A DNA stretch of 64,000 bases. Source: Squalus acanthias (Eukaryota). Location of the stretch: positions 156,366,001 to 156,430,000 of the forward strand of contig CM059431.1 of the NCBI GenBank assembly GCA_030390025.1. Direction: 5' to 3'. Below, piece after piece: positions 60,626-64,000 of this stretch. The notes under the pieces were generated by a model. It was not told the origin of the DNA. It worked only from the letters and a program-made list of their open reading frames with translations, and searched no databases. Made by a program: the position numbers and the translations under genes. How positions within the stretch are numbered: position 1 is the first letter of the stretch; every line of letters begins with the position of its first letter.

Positions 60626-61353
60626 TACACAGATACATAGATTCTACAGCACAGAAACAGTCCATTAGGCCCAACTGGTCCATGCTGGCATTTATACTCC
60701 ACACGAGCCTCCTCACACCTTATTTCAGATAACCCCATCAACATATCCTTCTGTTCATTTCTCCCCCGTGTGTTTATCTAGCTGCCCCTTAAATGCATCT
60801 CTGCTATTTGCCTCGATTACTCTATGTGGTAGCAATTTTAAACCACTCCCTGGGTAAAGAGGTTGGACAAGTGCACGATTTCTGGGTAAAGATGTTTGAA
60901 TAGTGCACGATTCCCGGCAATTTTAGCTGTCGGTCTCGAGATGACACCTCCTACAGATGAGGAAGAGGCAACAGACCAAAGCTGCTTCATCTTATAAACA
61001 AAAAGAGCTGTCAAAATGAACATTCTGATGAAAGGCTCCACTAATCATCCTCACAAGTGAAACCAATTGGTGACTCATGCCCCACACGCCACTGAAAACC
61101 AGTATGAGCCGGTGATGTAAAATCTGCCAATAAAACTGTCACACGTATACAGAGACAGCTCTTTCCATCTGCATTGCCAGGGAGGAGTGGCTGAGGCCAG
61201 GACATTGGATTCCGTTTAACAAATGGATGGATGCTGTAATGACGATATGGCTGAGTTGGTCTTCTGGAAGAGAAGATCAGATGAGCCAAAGTTCCTGCTT
61301 CCTCTGAAAGCAAAGTCCTTTAAATGTTTAAAAATAAAGTACTGAGGTGTAAA
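60626..61353 (-). mobile_element. Composite insertion: ~490 bp of unidentified sequence joined to a CR1 3' end
   Basis: 60626-60860 is the reverse complement of the tail type at 25860-26080. Candidate TSD AGAGT at 60621-25 and 61354-58. Confidence 0.6.
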
Positions 61354-62902
61354 AGAGTCTGTCTTTCTCTCTGGTATAAACCTATTCTAAGAGTTATAAA
61401 ATATCTCCTTAAATGTATGCCAGTGCTTATCTACTGTCTTATCCTTTAATCTATTATCCCAGTCTACTTAAGCCAACTCTGTCTTCATACCTTTGTAATT
61501 GCCTTTATTTAAGTTTGGGACACTAGTTTTAGAAAGAAGTTTCTCACCTTCAATCTGAATTTGAAATTCATTCGAGTTATGATCACTCTTACCCAAATAT
61601 TCCTTTAATATGAGCACATTACTTATTCCTTTCTCATTACATATTACCTGTTCTAAAATAGCCTTCTCCCTGGTTGCTTCCACAACGTATTGTGCTAAGA
61701 AATCTACTCAAATACATTTTATGAACTCCTCCTCAATGTTACACTTGCCAATTTCATTTGTCCAATCTATATAAAGAATACAATCGCCCGTGATTATCGC
61801 AGTACATTTTTTACAAGCCTCCATTATTTCTTGATTTATATTCTGTCCTACAGTGTAGCTACTGTTATCGGACATAGAGACTGCTTCCATCAGTGACTTC
61901 TTTCCTTTCTATTTCTTATCTCCAACCAAACTGATTTTGCGTCTTGATCTTCTGAGCCAATATCATTTCTCACCACTGCACTGATCACATCCTTTATTAA
62001 CAGAGCTACCCTTTCCTCCTTTTCCTTTCTGTCTATCCTTCGGAAATGACAAATACCCCTGAATATTCATTTCCCAGCCTTGGTCACCTTGCAACCACGT
62101 CTCTGTAATGGCTATGAGATCATACCCATTTAGTTCTATTTGCGGCGTCAACTCATCTATCTTGTTAGGAATGCTGCGCGAATTCCGATAAAGAGCCTTT
62201 AATTTTGGCTTTTTACCATGTTTCTATATTCTGACACTATTTTCTGGTGCCCGCTTAGGTCCGTAAGCTCTGTCTCCTACTGTCACACTCTTGTTAACAA
62301 TAGTCCTATTGCTACCCTGCACTATTACCGTGTCCATTCTCTTTGAAGTTCTACGTTCCCCTTCACCTGAAATCCCCTCCCCCATCCCACTATTTAGTAT
62401 CAAGCCCTATATACCGCCCTAGTTATTCGATTCGCCAGGACACTAGTCCCTGCATGGTTCAAGAGAAGCCTCTCCCAACGGAACAGCGCCCTTTTCCCCC
62501 AGTACTGGTGCAAGTGCCCCATGAATCAAAACCCATTCTCCCACACCAATCTTTGAGCCATGCATTCATCTCTCTGATCTTATTGACCGCATGCCAATTT
62601 GCTCGTGGCTCAGGTACCTTTGTGGTTCTGCTTTACAATTTGGCCCCTAGCTGCTCATAATCACTCAGCAGAACCTCTTTCTTTGTCCTACCTATGTCGC
62701 TGTTAACTATGTGTACCACTACAACTGGTTCTTTCCCCTCCCACTCCACGTTCCTCTCCAGCCCCGAGGAGATGTCCTTAACCCTGGCACAGGGCAGGAA
62801 ACACTGCCTCCGGGATTCATGCTTTCGGCTGCAGTGAACAGTATCTACATCCCCCGAAGTATACTGTCCCCTACCACGACGACATTCCTTTCACTCCCCC
62901 AA

Positions 62903-63322
62903 CACAGTGGCACAGTGGTTAGCACTGGTGCCTCACAGCGCCAGAGACCCGGGTTCGAATCTGACCTCGGGTGACTGTCTGTGTGGAGTTTGCACATTCT
63001 CCCCGTGTCTGCGTGGGTTTCCTCCGGGTGCTCCGGTTTCCTCCCACAGTCCAAAAATGTGTGGGTTAGGTTGATTTGGCTATGATAAATTGACCCTTAG
63101 TGTTAGGGGGGATTAAATATGTGGGGTTATGAGGATAGGATGGGATATGTTAGGGGGAATTAAATACGTGGGGTTACGGGGGTAGGGTGGGATATGTGTA
63201 CTGTGGGGATTAAAGCAGGGACAGGGTACTGGATTTGGATGATCAGCCATGATCGTATTGAATGGCGGAGCAGGCTCGACGGGCCGATTGGCCTACTCCT
63301 GCTCCTAGATTCTATGTTTCTA
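62903..63322 (+). mobile_element. tRNA-derived V-SINE (HE1-like) with a CR1-derived tail
   Basis: A box TGGCACAGTGG, B box GGTTCGAATC, V-domain GTGTGGAGTTTGCACATTCTCCCCGTGTCTGCGTGGGTTTCCTCCGGGTGCTCCGGTTTCCTCCCAC, and tail GATCAGCCATGATC...CCTACTCCTGCTCC. Confidence 0.92.
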
Positions 63323-63544
63323 ACTACAAAACCCCCTGCACCGCGGTGCTTTTGTCAGTTTTCTCACCCAACCTGCGTTCCCTGCTCTCGTCCACACAGG
63401 CTGCAAGGACCTCGTACCTGTTGGAGAAATGCAGGGGTTGAGACTCCTCCAATGCTACCTTCTGGATCCCCATACCTGCCTCACACGTAAAACGCCCTCC
63501 TGTTCCTGACCACGAACTAGATTTGAAGTATTTAACCTTTGGTT

Positions 63545-63800
63545 CTTTTACTATCCAAATATCATCCGATCTCTGTCTTGAACATACTCAACGACTGAAC
63601 ATCCACAATCATCTGAGGAAGAGCATTCCAAAGGTTCACAACTGTTTGACTGGATAAATCGCTCCTGATCTCCTTCATAAATGGTAGAGCTCTTATTCAG
63701 ATACTGTGCCTTGTAGTATAGACTCCCAGCCAGGGGAAACATCCTCCCAGCATCTACTCTGTGAAGTCCTGTAAGAGCTTTACATATTTCACTGAGATAA
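63545..63800 (-). mobile_element. CR1 ORF2 C-terminal fragment
   Basis: MRDYLSEICKALTGLHRVDAGRMFPLAG. Confidence 0.75.
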
Positions 63801-63811
63801 TCTCTCATTTT

Positions 63812-64000
63812 GTTGATTCCTTCCGGGATGTGGGCGTCGCTGGCAAGACCAGCATTTATTGCCCATCCATACTTGACGTTAAGACGGTGGTGGTGAGCAG
63901 CGTTCTTGAAACGCTGCCGTCCTTGCGGTGAAGGTACTGCCAGAGATATGTTAGGGAGGGATTTCCAGGATTTTGAACAGCGAAGAAATAGGAATGGCGA
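63812..64000 (-). mobile_element. 3' end of a different CR1/L2-type LINE; runs off the window end
   Basis: Reverse complement reads GGATGGGCAATAAATGCTGG...CAGCGACGCCCACATCCC, a recognisable LINE/SINE tail. Confidence 0.6.

Larger units (their letters stand above)
55277..63500 (-). mobile_element. Old CR1 (ORF1 plus ORF2) hosting three younger insertions
   Basis: Collinear minus-strand pieces at 55277-56038, 59862-60625, 61354-62902 and ~63323-63500 (GDSILRG, TETWLQG, SDHN, QHCF/MKGKSCL). Confidence 0.85.

Noticed and set aside
61023..61065. CTGATGA...GAAA as a third hammerhead
   Set aside because: No stem II or flanking stem I pairing.
62903..62975. tRNA gene
   Set aside because: It is the tRNA-derived head of the SINE, continuous with the V-domain.

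Overview
Eukaryotic, repeat-saturated DNA. It is most likely from a cartilaginous fish, inferred from an HE1/V-SINE-type element and the shark-like CR1, Penelope and RTE families. No intact host gene, rRNA, tRNA or CRISPR array is supported. Bases 1-22.4 kb are mostly satellite: two related G-rich 29-bp arrays and a 40-bp array with higher-order duplications and a CR1 insertion. The remainder is nested retroelements: many CR1 LINEs (one with an intact EN-RT ORF2), a deleted class I ERV, two Penelope-like fragments each carrying a minimal hammerhead ribozyme, a rearranged RTE, a V-SINE and a hairpin-rich non-autonomous element. The strongest candidate for an under-described mechanism is a T TTA AAC slippery heptamer directly before the ORF1 stop in four CR1 copies from three diverged subfamilies. 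It is phased so that a -1 ribosomal frameshift enters ORF2, and three of the four copies have no AUG before the endonuclease domain. Small unique islands hold possible gene relics: a CARD-like pseudo-exon and a paralogous block with splice-like signals. All family assignments and similarities are by eye. Boundaries of degenerate elements are approximate.
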